IMG/VR virus record: IMGVR_UViG_3300033074_001257
Location: 21,405-85,404 of that record
Length of the DNA: 64,000 nucleotides
Direction: 5' to 3' (one strand)
Origin: a virus
Taxonomy: Duplodnaviria; Caudoviricetes
Below, piece by piece: positions 47,078 to 56,477 of this stretch. The notes beneath the pieces are model-generated. The model did no database searches. It was not told the DNA's origin and worked only from the letters and a program-made list of their open reading frames with translations. The translations under genes were made by a program, and so were the position numbers. Within the stretch, counting starts at the first letter, position 1, and each line of letters starts with the position of its first letter.

Positions 47078-47356
47078 ATGAAAAAGATATACACGGTTTG
47101 GTCAAGCGAAGTGGGTATCGCCAAAGAAGACGGCATGGAAGTGTTGGCAACCGACGTTTCTGATGCGGTTGAGCGATATGCTCGCATGTACCAGGACCGT
47201 TTCGGGGACCCTTTGCTAGAAGACGATGAAAGCATTGTTTGCGAGGCACAAGCCGAGGACAGTGACACCGTGACTTCAGTCAGATTAAGCGCCACTTACC
47301 GCTGGGTCGCTGATTTTGTCACGTCCATCGCTTTCAACGAAAGTCACTCTGGTTGA
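47078..47356 (+). CDS. Hypothetical acidic protein
   Basis: GAGGA before the ATG. Confidence 0.55.
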   Translation: MKKIYTVWSSEVGIAKEDGMEVLATDVSDAVERYARMYQDRFGDPLLEDDESIVCEAQAEDSDTVTSVRLSATYRWVADFVTSIAFNESHSG

Positions 47357-47367
47357 GGTCGTGAGAA

Positions 47368-47595
47368 ATGGCTCGATCTTTGAAATTTGTCGTCGAACAG
47401 ACGAACGAGCTGGCTCGACAATTTTACCTGCGCCTTGGTTACGAAGAACAAAAAGGTTTTCGTTTCGATGAATCGCAGCACCCAACCGAACTCGCCATGT
47501 GGTTCATGGCGTGTGATGCGCAACTTGAATTGACCGACACTGATGTCATTGAGTGGATGGATGAGGGAGAGGATGAGGGAGAGGATGAGTCATAG
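47368..47595 (+). CDS. Hypothetical protein
   Basis: GAGG before the ATG. Confidence 0.55.
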   Translation: MARSLKFVVEQTNELARQFYLRLGYEEQKGFRFDESQHPTELAMWFMACDAQLELTDTDVIEWMDEGEDEGEDES

Positions 47596-47653
47596 AACGC
47601 TCGTCCGACACCACCACATCACAAACGATCAATAAAATTATTCACAAAATAGC

Positions 47654-47682
47654 TTGCAGCAAATCGCGGCTTGCCATACTAT
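47654..47682 (+). promoter_or_regulatory. Sigma70-like early promoter (repeated motif)
   Basis: TTGCAG-N17-TACTAT with an upstream A/T tract. Confidence 0.7.
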
Positions 47683-47759
47683 AAAACAACACCAGACGCA
47701 CCGCACAGGACCGGCCAACCGGCGAAGGCCAACCGGCTGCAAATCGCGATCTGAGCCGC

Positions 47760-49403
47760 TTGCGACGGCAAACAGATATCGCTCGGTGGACGCATCGAGA
47801 GTGGTGGGTCAAGCATGACAGTCGGGAAAGACCGGCACCTAAAATTCTTTTGATGGAACGGGACTTATTCGTGAACTTTTTCGCCCCCGCAACTGCCGAC
47901 TTCATTGATGGTTTGATCGCCCAGCATCGCGCCCGCGAAGCTAAAATCAGGGCACTGGCACACCACATGGCTACCGCAGCAAATGACGGCACGGACCGTT
48001 ATTTTTTTGAGGCTGCTAACAAAGAACAGCGCCACGCCACGGTCTATGTTTCGTGGGACGCTGATGCTGCTGTGTCGATTTTGAACACCGAATCGTGGAA
48101 CCGTGCGCTGAATGAAACCGGCCTGCTGAAGATCATGCCGGCGAACCGTTTGAACGAATGGAACGACACGCTGACCAAACACCGTTGCCCGCCCTTCACC
48201 GAAGAAACGGTACGCGCAACGATTGACGACTTGTTTGCTTGTCGCGAGAAGTTCTTTGCCGAACGTGTGGACGGCGTGTTTCGTGCGCTGTCGGGTGAGC
48301 ACGTCACGAACCAGCCGCAGGGTTTCTACAAGCGCATGATCATGGCGCGTGTCGTGGGCGAGTGGGGCAGCGTCGATTACCGCAAAGCGAACGTCATCAG
48401 CGACCTTCTGGTTGTGATCTATGCGCTGATGCGCGGTCGGATGTTTGATCGCTTTGACGCAAGCGGCATGATTGATCGCTTGAAATCCTGCTACGGCGAG
48501 TGGCAGTACGTTCACGGCAATATGCTGAAGATCAAACTCTTCAAGAACGGAAACCTGCACCTGGAAGTTCACCCAGACTTGGCGTGGCAGATGAACCGCG
48601 TGTTAGCAACACTGTACCCGACTGCCCTTGCGCCCGCCTCACGCACCAAACCGGCTAAGCCGTCGAAGGAATGGGCGGCACTGATTGAGATGCTGCCGCC
48701 TGAAGTTCTGACGCTGCTTGAGAACATGCGCCTGTCAGACACGAACCGACTGGACGTGCGGTTTGGGTGGCACGACACCGACAAACACGTCAAAGCACGG
48801 GCCGTTCAAATTCTGGAGATGCTGGGCGGCGTACCCAGGAACGGTGGGTGGGACTTTGACTACGCCGTCGGTTCAGTCATGCGTGAAATTCTGATGACGC
48901 GTGCAATACCCGACAGCGTATCGCATCAGTATTACCCGACACCTGAAAGCGTGGCCGCCATGGTTGCTGATGCCGCAAACGTGCAGCCGGGTGAACAGTG
49001 TCTGGAGCCGTCCGCTGGAATGGGTGCGCTGGTTGAGGCTTGTGTGCCGTTTGGTGAGTGGACCTTGGTTGAACTGTCGTCGCTGCGGTGCAAGATCCTT
49101 GAACAGAAGAACTTGGGTATTGTTCACCACAGCGATTTCATGAAGTGGGAAACACAGCAGCAGTTTGATGCCATCGTCATGAACCCGCCCTTCAGCCAAG
49201 GTCGCTGGCAAGCCCACGTCAAGCGAGCGTCCACGATGTTGGCGAAGAATGGGCGTCTCGTGGCGGTGCTGCCCTCTAGTGCAATGGGCAAGCAAATCCT
49301 GGGCGATGAGTGGACGTACAGCTGGTCTGATCCGATCGCAGATGAGTTTGAAGGTACTGCCGTATCGGTGACAGTTCTCACCGCTCGCCTGAAGCAAGTC
49401 TAA
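47760..49403 (+). CDS. DUF4942-type SAM-dependent amino-DNA methyltransferase (true start probably about 47850)
   Basis: FFAERVDGVFRALSGEHVTNQPQGFYKRMI, K.FKNGNLH, QYYPTP, LEPSAG.G, MNPPF. Confidence 0.82.
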   Translation: MRRQTDIARWTHREWWVKHDSRERPAPKILLMERDLFVNFFAPATADFIDGLIAQHRAREAKIRALAHHMATAANDGTDRYFFEAANKEQRHATVYVSWDADAAVSILNTESWNRALNETGLLKIMPANRLNEWNDTLTKHRCPPFTEETVRATIDDLFACREKFFAERVDGVFRALSGEHVTNQPQGFYKRMIMARVVGEWGSVDYRKANVISDLLVVIYALMRGRMFDRFDASGMIDRLKSCYGEWQYVHGNMLKIKLFKNGNLHLEVHPDLAWQMNRVLATLYPTALAPASRTKPAKPSKEWAALIEMLPPEVLTLLENMRLSDTNRLDVRFGWHDTDKHVKARAVQILEMLGGVPRNGGWDFDYAVGSVMREILMTRAIPDSVSHQYYPTPESVAAMVADAANVQPGEQCLEPSAGMGALVEACVPFGEWTLVELSSLRCKILEQKNLGIVHHSDFMKWETQQQFDAIVMNPPFSQGRWQAHVKRASTMLAKNGRLVAVLPSSAMGKQILGDEWTYSWSDPIADEFEGTAVSVTVLTARLKQV

Positions 49404-49407
49404 GGTC

Positions 49408-49941
49408 ATGGTCACGACTAAAACCTACGCGGGAATTGGTTCCCGCGAAACCCCAGACGACGTTCTTGATAAGATGACAGCCATCGCTGAATTCTTATCC
49501 ACGCTCGGTTACACTTTGAGGAGCGGCGGCGCCACTGGGGCAGACAGTGCATTTGAAAGGGGCGCCACACGAAAAGAGATCTATCTGCCGTGGGATCACT
49601 ACAACGGCAGGAAGGTCAACAACGTCAACACCTTTTCAGCGTTGACAGAAGATCACTTCGCGCTAGCAGAAAACGCCCATCCTGCTTGGCACAGATGTTC
49701 GCACAGCGCCAAGTGTCTACACGCCAGGAACACCCAGCAGATTCTCGGCAAGGACTTAGACGCGCCGTGTGACTTTGTCGTGTGCTGGACCCGAGGCGGA
49801 CAAGCGGTGGGTGGAACGGGGTTGGCAATCCGCTTGGCGAAAAGTAGAGGCATTCGCATCTTCAACTTAGGCACGGCAGCTGGCTTTGACGAGTTTCTCA
49901 ACTTTTGTGAAACGCTAGCAAGTGAAGCGCCAGCAACGTAG
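49408..49941 (+). CDS. SLOG-superfamily (DprA/YspA-like) protein
   Basis: YAGIGSRETP, LRSGGA.GAD.AFE, ARN..QILG, GGTG.AIR.A. Confidence 0.8.
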   Translation: MVTTKTYAGIGSRETPDDVLDKMTAIAEFLSTLGYTLRSGGATGADSAFERGATRKEIYLPWDHYNGRKVNNVNTFSALTEDHFALAENAHPAWHRCSHSAKCLHARNTQQILGKDLDAPCDFVVCWTRGGQAVGGTGLAIRLAKSRGIRIFNLGTAAGFDEFLNFCETLASEAPAT

Positions 49942-50185
49942 CCCAAACCACTCGCCAACTTCGCCATCGCTTGAGCCATCACTTGAGCGATATGGCAATC
50001 TCGCGCGCGAGATCGCGTTTTTGTCGCCGAGTGGTAGGTAAGTGGCTGAAAACTGCTAGCACCGCCTAAATGGCGCTGATCGTGCGATCTCGCGCCACTC
50101 TAAACCCTAAACCCATTCAGATAGATTGTCTGCAAGCGTTTAGCGGCTACACGAACCCCAAAAGACAAATTATTTAAAAAATCGC

Positions 50186-50214
50186 TTGCAGCAAATCGCT
50201 GTATTGTGTACCAT
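50186..50214 (+). promoter_or_regulatory. Sigma70-like early promoter with UP-like element
   Basis: AAATTATTTAAAAAA then TTGCAG-N17 (ending TGTG)-TACCAT. Confidence 0.75.
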
Positions 50215-50284
50215 AATTTCATCAGCTGCACACACCGACACTGAAATCGTCAAGGGTGTTCAGTTTCTTGAAAGGGGTCATGAA

Positions 50285-50737
50285 ATGGTTGAATTTAAGT
50301 CAGGCGACTATGTCGTACCCATTCGCGCAAATCGCGGTGAGTACGCGCCTGAGATGAGAACACTGGTTGGGACAGTCCTGCGAATCCCTTATGGGTACAC
50401 TGGGTACCGTGGGGTTCTTTTTCCGGCTGGGAAACCTGAACCAAAAAGCGAAAAATGGCTTTGGCACGCCGACGATTTGCGCTTGGCCACGGATGATGAA
50501 ATCGCGACAGTGCCCAAGCCAAAACCGCTGCGCCGCGGCGATCTGGTTGAATACCGCGGTGACGTCTGTGTGGTGTTTGATGCGGATACCAGCAAGTACG
50601 GAGGGCGCTTGGTTTTCCCTCTCGTTAGCAAAGACCGCACGGATCTCGTCTACGTGTACATTGATGAACTGGTCTATGTCGGCAGCATTCGAAAACAGTT
50701 GAAGCGGGCCAAGAAAAAAGTGGAGTGTGCAAAATGA
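50285..50737 (+). CDS. Hypothetical protein with FKxGD (SH3/KOW-like) modules
   Basis: Shares LRRGDLVEYRGDV with 56478-57356. Confidence 0.65.
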   Translation: MVEFKSGDYVVPIRANRGEYAPEMRTLVGTVLRIPYGYTGYRGVLFPAGKPEPKSEKWLWHADDLRLATDDEIATVPKPKPLRRGDLVEYRGDVCVVFDADTSKYGGRLVFPLVSKDRTDLVYVYIDELVYVGSIRKQLKRAKKKVECAK

Positions 50738-50967
50738 GCCTGTTCACTGAATGGGAAGTGGTTCGTTTGTCACACAAGGTGAACGCTTATAGTGAAATGT
50801 TGTCCAAAGCGGCAAGCCAATATGCTGCCCTGGAAGAGCAGCGAGATGAACTGTTTGATGCGCTGCATGGGTTGCGCAATGCTTTTCTTGGCACCAACGT
50901 GGAAGCGCAAGCAGACACAATGCGCATCGCCCATGACGTCATTGCTAAAGTCAGGAGTGTATCATGA
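50734..50967 (+). CDS. Hypothetical protein
   Basis: ATGA-coupled on both sides. Confidence 0.6.
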   Translation: MSLFTEWEVVRLSHKVNAYSEMLSKAASQYAALEEQRDELFDALHGLRNAFLGTNVEAQADTMRIAHDVIAKVRSVS

Positions 50968-51704
50968 ACAATCACACTAAAGGCCCTTGGGTCAGAAATG
51001 AATACGATCAAGTCTTTGACTCAAAGGGTCGTCAAGTTTCCGTTGATAGATTTGCATTCGACGACTACACCACTGAAGAGTCGCAAGCTAACACTCGCCA
51101 CGTCGTCGCTTGCGTCAACGCTTGCGAAGGTTTCAGCACCGATGAGATTGAGGGTGCAGACTTGTTTGCTAACAGTGTTAGCGCCCAGCGCGAAATCGAC
51201 GAGCTGAAAAAACAGCAGATCGACCTGCTTGTTACGATGAACCAAATCAAATCTGCGACGCCCGATGGTGGTTATATCAACACGCTTGCGCGAAAGGCAA
51301 TCAGCGCCGCCGAAGGTTCTCAAAATAACCGGCGATTGCTCGAACTCGCCGCGACTGCTTCAGGATGGATGCCGAATGATTCCTGGGCATGGTGCGCTAA
51401 TGCTGGGAAAAATGGCGCATTCTGTTATCGCCTTAACGGTGAGATGATTGCCTGGAACCCACTCGACGACAACGCCGACGCATTCAGCCTTGCAGTGAAA
51501 CTGCGAATCGAAATCACCTACAACGAGGAACACAAATGCGTGTGCCGATTCTGGACCAACACCAAAGGTCTCATGGCAGTTGCTGAACAAATCGGCGACG
51601 ACCCTTGTGCTGCCACTCGCCGGGCAATCGTCCGTGCCGCCGCGAAAATCGCCACCGAGAAAGCTAAAGCAATGACCACTAACGATGCCGGAGGTTCGGT
51701 ATGA
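50964..51704 (+). CDS. Hypothetical chimera: N-terminal HTxGPW module plus C-terminal WNPL module
   Basis: HTKGPW...AN..VACVNA; WNPLDDNADAFSLAVKL. Confidence 0.7.
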   Translation: MNNHTKGPWVRNEYDQVFDSKGRQVSVDRFAFDDYTTEESQANTRHVVACVNACEGFSTDEIEGADLFANSVSAQREIDELKKQQIDLLVTMNQIKSATPDGGYINTLARKAISAAEGSQNNRRLLELAATASGWMPNDSWAWCANAGKNGAFCYRLNGEMIAWNPLDDNADAFSLAVKLRIEITYNEEHKCVCRFWTNTKGLMAVAEQIGDDPCAATRRAIVRAAAKIATEKAKAMTTNDAGGSV

Positions 51705-52072
51705 ACACCCAAACCAAGCGCGAGCTGCTCGAGCTGGCCGTGAATGCCCTTGGGCTGCCCTACATCAAGCCGGTGCCGGAATACGACGGGCGCTTCGGGC
51801 TTGACGTGGGCAGTGACAATCCGTTCCGCACCTGGACGTGGAACCCCATCGACCACGACAGCGATGCGTTGCGTCTTGCTGTGAAACTGCGAATTGAAAT
51901 CGTCTATGCTGATGGCAAATGCGTCTGCCAATTTCAGATCCCCGGCAAAGGCCTCACGTCAGTTTCTGAGCAAATCAACGACGAGAGTCCATTCGCCGCA
52001 GTGCGACTCGCGATCGTTCGCGCTGCTGCCGAAATTGCCATCGCCACTAACGATGCTGGGAGTTCAGTATGA
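51701..52072 (+). CDS. WNPL-family paralog
   Basis: WNPIDHDSDALRLAVKL ... RLAIVRAAA. Confidence 0.7.
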   Translation: MNTQTKRELLELAVNALGLPYIKPVPEYDGRFGLDVGSDNPFRTWTWNPIDHDSDALRLAVKLRIEIVYADGKCVCQFQIPGKGLTSVSEQINDESPFAAVRLAIVRAAAEIAIATNDAGSSV

Positions 52073-52440
52073 TTAACGCCGAAAATCGTGAAAACCTTGA
52101 ATTGGCTGCGAAGGCAGCTGAAATCGTGGTACTCGGTTATGTTGAGTATTACGACGATTTTTACTGGAACGGCCCGTCGTGGGGCCTGATCGTTGAGGGA
52201 GAAAACGGGGTCTGGAACCCCCTTGTCGATGACGGTGATGCGCTGCGTCTGGCAGCGAAGCTGGGCATTGATGTTGAGTGGCGTTCAGATGGCCGCGTGG
52301 CCGCGTATCGACACACAAACGCCAACGGATACTGTTTTACGGCGCTTGTGTCATTTCAAGAGGACCGCGCCCCAAGCGTCCGTCGTGCCATCGTCCGTGC
52401 TGCTGCTGATATCGCCAAATCCGCTGGAGGTTCAGTATGA
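52069..52440 (+). CDS. WNPL-family paralog
   Basis: WNPLVDDGDALRLAAKL ... RRAIVRAAA. Confidence 0.7.
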   Translation: MINAENRENLELAAKAAEIVVLGYVEYYDDFYWNGPSWGLIVEGENGVWNPLVDDGDALRLAAKLGIDVEWRSDGRVAAYRHTNANGYCFTALVSFQEDRAPSVRRAIVRAAADIAKSAGGSV

Positions 52441-52802
52441 ACGCTCAAACTAAGCGTGGACTGTTGGAACTTGCTGCCAAGGCGGGTGGGGTTGCTGTGG
52501 ATTGGCGTGAATGGGCAGTAGGTCGAGTCGATAAGTTCGGATGCCTTAAGTCCACTAAGAAGTCCGGCTTCAGGATGGGTGGCCGCGGATGGGACCCACT
52601 CGACGATGACGGTGATGCGTTGCGTCTGGCGGTGAAGCTTGGATTCATCGTAGACACGCACGGCGCGTTCACTAGAATCAGTCTCCCGTTTGGTGACGTT
52701 ATGTGCATCGCGGCGCACGGCGACGACCCTTGCGCCGCCACTCGACTCGCAATCGTCCGTGCCGCTGCCAAAATTGCCATTGCCGCTGGAGGTGAACAAT
52801 GA
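52437..52802 (+). CDS. WNPL-family paralog
   Basis: WDPLDDDGDALRLAVKL ... RLAIVRAAA. Confidence 0.7.
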   Translation: MNAQTKRGLLELAAKAGGVAVDWREWAVGRVDKFGCLKSTKKSGFRMGGRGWDPLDDDGDALRLAVKLGFIVDTHGAFTRISLPFGDVMCIAAHGDDPCAATRLAIVRAAAKIAIAAGGEQ

Positions 52803-53194
52803 AAACGCAGAATGGCCGCAGGTTGCTGAAGCTGGCCGCGAAGGCTGGCGAGTATAGCCACTTTGAGTACGTTGAGAACGAATATCGTGACGGCCGCAAG
52901 GTGACGGGTCACTACGACCCACTGTTTGAGGTCTGCATCAACCCTCTGACAGATATCGCAGACGCGATGCGGTTGGCCATAAAGATCGGCTTCTCGGTGA
53001 TTCAAAACAAAGCGAGTGGAGTTTGCTCCGTGTACCTGGGCGACACCTTCTACAGTGCCGTACCTTACAAGGACGATCCTGTCGCCGCGACGTGCCGTGC
53101 CATTGTTTGCGCGGCAGCGAGACTGACGCTTCAGCGTGCCACATCCGGCCCGGCGCCTAAGCGTGCTGAACTTAAACCAACGGGTGAAGCATGA
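52799..53194 (+). CDS. WNPL-family paralog (divergent)
   Basis: INPLTDIADAMRLAIKI ... RAIVCAAA. Confidence 0.65.
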   Translation: MKTQNGRRLLKLAAKAGEYSHFEYVENEYRDGRKVTGHYDPLFEVCINPLTDIADAMRLAIKIGFSVIQNKASGVCSVYLGDTFYSAVPYKDDPVAATCRAIVCAAARLTLQRATSGPAPKRAELKPTGEA

Positions 53195-53598
53195 ACGACA
53201 TTCTCAAATGCGATATTTGCAACAGTGATGCAGGCGACAACCCGCACCACGCCACGATTGACGAGGCGCATGTTCATGTCTGCGATGGCTGTTTCTACCC
53301 GGAACATTATGATCTTGGTGTCCTGTGGCGGCAACGTGAGAGGATGTTGGCGAAACTGAACTCATCAGAACGGCAACGTGACGAGCTGCTGGACACTATG
53401 CGCGAGCTGATTCGCTGGGTACCGGTTTACCCAAAGGCAGCTGATGGGGTTGTGGGTGGCCGTGTTGCATACCAGCGGGCGCTGGATAACGCCAGGGCGG
53501 CGATTGCAGCGTCCAAAAGCCCCGCCGAAAGTGAGATTGAAAACTGCTGCGAAATGATTCAAGCAAACCACCACAACAAACCAACAGGTGAACTATGA
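53191..53598 (+). CDS. Hypothetical protein with an N-terminal CxxC...CxxC motif
   Basis: CDIC...CDGC; ATGA coupling. Confidence 0.6.
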   Translation: MNDILKCDICNSDAGDNPHHATIDEAHVHVCDGCFYPEHYDLGVLWRQRERMLAKLNSSERQRDELLDTMRELIRWVPVYPKAADGVVGGRVAYQRALDNARAAIAASKSPAESEIENCCEMIQANHHNKPTGEL

Positions 53599-54305
53599 AC
53601 GACTTCTTCCGCTTCCCTCACACACCGCACCTCGCTTGGCTGGGTGAAGGTTCGCCGCGCGACGACAAAGTTCTGTCGCCCAAAGAAGCAGCGGAACTTC
53701 TGTCAGGTGACGTCGTCTTTGAGGAAAAAATGGACGGCGCGAACGTGGGACTGTCGCTTGCCCCAGACGGCAGTTTGTGTGCGCAAAACCGAGGACAATA
53801 CTTGTCTGAACCCTACAGCGGTCAATTCACTCGCTTGACGGCATGGCTCGGGCAGCACAGTGAAGGCTTGCATCGCGTTCTCACACCCAATCTGATTTTG
53901 TTCGGTGAGTGGTGCGCGGCACGGCATTCGCTGGACTATATCGCATTGCCAGATTGGTTTCTGCTTTTCGACGTGTATGATCGCACGGAAGGTCGTTTCT
54001 TCAGTACCACTCGCCGCAATGCGCTTGCAAGTAGCGCGGGTCTGATAACCGTGCCCCGAGTGTTGTTCGAAAAACCGACCGTTGGCAAGCTGAAGCATCT
54101 CGTGGGCAAAACCCCAAGTCGCTACCGTGCTGGGTCTCTTGAAGGTGTCGTCATTCGTCGTGAATCACCAGATTGGTGTGAAGCTCGCGCCAAATTGGTT
54201 CGCTCCGATTTCACGCAAGCCATCGAAACCCACTGGCGCAAGCGATCAATCGAGTGGAATCAAGTTCACTATGAAAAGTCATCTGACCTGGAGTCACAAC
54301 CATGA
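53595..54305 (+). CDS. RNA ligase-family nucleotidyltransferase
   Basis: FPHTPHL, motif I EEKMDGAN, LFGEW, F.LFDVYD, EGVV, K.V...F. Confidence 0.82.
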   Translation: MNDFFRFPHTPHLAWLGEGSPRDDKVLSPKEAAELLSGDVVFEEKMDGANVGLSLAPDGSLCAQNRGQYLSEPYSGQFTRLTAWLGQHSEGLHRVLTPNLILFGEWCAARHSLDYIALPDWFLLFDVYDRTEGRFFSTTRRNALASSAGLITVPRVLFEKPTVGKLKHLVGKTPSRYRAGSLEGVVIRRESPDWCEARAKLVRSDFTQAIETHWRKRSIEWNQVHYEKSSDLESQP

Positions 54306-54718
54306 CCACTTACACTTTGACCGTGACTGCACAGCAACTTGAGATCATCCGTGACGCCACTGAACTGCTGTCGCGCATTGCTGGGGGACAAGTGGAGGAA
54401 GTTCTGAGATATGCGCCCATCAGCCACGCGGATTACTGGGAAGCGCGTGGTGCGATGCTGCGGGCACTCGGACCGTATAAAAGCCAAGACTATTACCGAG
54501 TGATTATCGATAACGGCAGCTGGGACATCTACCAAGTGGCCCGTCACCGCTTGGCGTGGGATCGCAAGCTTGAGGGTGACCCGTCCTGCCTGCATTTTGA
54601 TGAGCCGGTTCAGCACGGTTCTGAGCCGCTGCCGATTGTAAGCACAGTGGAGGGCCCGCCACAGCCTGACACAGCGGCTCCGAAAAACCATGGCAAAATC
54701 AACACCAGCAAGGAGTGA
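54302..54718 (+). CDS. Hypothetical protein
   Basis: GGAG upstream; coupled ORF. Confidence 0.6.
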   Translation: MTTYTLTVTAQQLEIIRDATELLSRIAGGQVEEVLRYAPISHADYWEARGAMLRALGPYKSQDYYRVIIDNGSWDIYQVARHRLAWDRKLEGDPSCLHFDEPVQHGSEPLPIVSTVEGPPQPDTAAPKNHGKINTSKE

Positions 54719-55074
54719 CAGACATGCACCACATGGAAGAGAAAATCATTCACCTGATGGCCGATCTGTGGGAAGCAGGTGTCCCTATGCAAGAAAGCGT
54801 ACGCGATACAGCACCAGCATGGCGAATTGCACGACAAGAGGTACGCAGTGGTAGTGGATGGGTCACATCTGACGCTGTGCTGCTTTTCGCTGGAGCGCCA
54901 GAAGCCCCAGCTGTCATCGACGACGACAAAGAGGCAGGCTGGGCCAGCGCCTTCAGTCCGAGCTTTCGGGATGACACCAATGAAATGACACGGAAAGGCG
55001 GCTATAGCCAATGCCGAGTGGTGGAGTTCTCAGCAAGAGCTGCGGCTGCGGCTGGCGTGACTTGGTCCACGTGA
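54715..55074 (+). CDS. Hypothetical protein
   Basis: AAGGAG before a GTG start. Confidence 0.5.
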   Translation: MTDMHHMEEKIIHLMADLWEAGVPMQESVRDTAPAWRIARQEVRSGSGWVTSDAVLLFAGAPEAPAVIDDDKEAGWASAFSPSFRDDTNEMTRKGGYSQCRVVEFSARAAAAAGVTWST

Positions 55075-55138
55075 TGGCCACCATTGAATACACTGGCGGT
55101 GAGCCAGTGGTGATCATGAAGCGGATGGAGGATTAACC

Positions 55139-55321
55139 ATGAGCTTGCCTTACGAGGTCGCGCCACGCTTGCCTTACGACTGTGCCCGGTGTGCCGGCAC
55201 CCATCACCCAGAATGCCGTGACTGTCTCCGCCGTGAGCCAGGAAGCGAATACCAGTGGACGATAGCGCCACCTGAGTTTGAAGAAGTGTGCCCAATGAAA
55301 GTCCAGGAGGATAAACGGTGA
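55139..55321 (+). CDS. Small Cys-rich hypothetical protein
   Basis: C.RC......C.DC.R...C; GGAGG RBS. Confidence 0.6.
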   Translation: MSLPYEVAPRLPYDCARCAGTHHPECRDCLRREPGSEYQWTIAPPEFEEVCPMKVQEDKR

Positions 55322-55800
55322 AAATATTCATTGATTGTGAGTTCAACGGTTTCAACGGCGAGCTGATCAGCATGGCCCTTGTCCCCGCTGACTCAAGCCC
55401 AGTTTTTTATGAGTGGCTTGGCTGCGAGAATCCGACCGCGTGGGTGGCTGAAAACGTCATCCCCAAGATTGGCGGGATTATGAAAATCTCACTTGAGGCC
55501 TTTCAAAACAAATTGCAAGCCTACCTGATGCAGTTTGACGAATGTCACATTGTCGCTGATTGGCCAGATGACATTGCATACCTTTGTCGTGCGCTGATCA
55601 CTGGACCGGGGCGTCGAATTGACACGCCGCCTTTGACTTTAGAAGTCACTCGCATTGACGCGGTTAGCAAGTACCCTCACTTTGCACTGGCAGACGCCTT
55701 TGCATTGCGCACGGCTTATCTGGACGACCAGAAGGCTCGCGCTGGCGCTGAGAAAGCGTCTAAGGCGGGTGAGAAAGAAGGTGGGCGTTTCCTGGCCTGA
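55318..55800 (+). CDS. DEDDh 3'-5' exonuclease-like protein
   Basis: IFIDCEF....ELIS.ALV, ADW..D, H.AL.DA. Confidence 0.75.
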   Translation: MKIFIDCEFNGFNGELISMALVPADSSPVFYEWLGCENPTAWVAENVIPKIGGIMKISLEAFQNKLQAYLMQFDECHIVADWPDDIAYLCRALITGPGRRIDTPPLTLEVTRIDAVSKYPHFALADAFALRTAYLDDQKARAGAEKASKAGEKEGGRFLA

Positions 55801-55906
55801 ACACGAAGACCCTTGTGTTTGAACGCGAGACGCCGCGATAGACAGTGTGATAGGAGTGGGCCTCAAAACCCACTCACTTTTTAAAACTTATGACGGAGTG
55901 ACTCAC

Positions 55907-56434
55907 ATGGCCCAGGGCTTTCAAATTCTCAAACCGTATGGAAAAATCATTGGCCATTGGAAAGAGAAACCCATCAGCGTGGACGTAGATCAAAAGTGTG
56001 TCGCGTGTGGACTAGACGCGATTGAAGTTGACGATAGGATGTTTGATTTCTTGCTTGGTTTAGACGATGAGTCTGCCGTCACAGCAGTCGTGTACTTCGT
56101 CAGAGAAGGTCGAAATGAAAATCGAAATTTGATTTTCGATGAAATGGTACGACAACACGGCTGGAAATCGGTGAGTGGTGATTGCTCAAGAGCGACGGGA
56201 TGCACCTACGGAGGATATAAGGTAAAGGCATTCACCGGCGACAGTCTTGAGTTTGAAAAAAAGCGCCGCGGCGTAGCCTACGGTTTTGCTGTGCCTATCC
56301 CACACGAAAAGCTGACACCGTCTGAAGTTCAAAAGAAAGTCTCAGACATTCTTTGTGCAGTTGAAAAGTGCGACCGTGAAATTAGATCAGTCGCACGCGC
56401 CGAAAGGCCCAGACGAAACCCTGAAGGTGAATGA
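55907..56434 (+). CDS. Hypothetical protein, paralog of 45615-46118
   Basis: Shared motifs with 45615-46118; GGAG RBS. Confidence 0.6.
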   Translation: MAQGFQILKPYGKIIGHWKEKPISVDVDQKCVACGLDAIEVDDRMFDFLLGLDDESAVTAVVYFVREGRNENRNLIFDEMVRQHGWKSVSGDCSRATGCTYGGYKVKAFTGDSLEFEKKRRGVAYGFAVPIPHEKLTPSEVQKKVSDILCAVEKCDREIRSVARAERPRRNPEGE

Positions 56435-56477
56435 ATGCAAGCGCAACCCAAAACCGTTTTAGTGAGAGGAAAGGAAC

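Noticed and set aside
50964-53194. Diversity-generating retroelement behind the paralog array
   Set aside because: No reverse transcriptase in the window, and no near-identical repeat pair differing only at adenines was seen.
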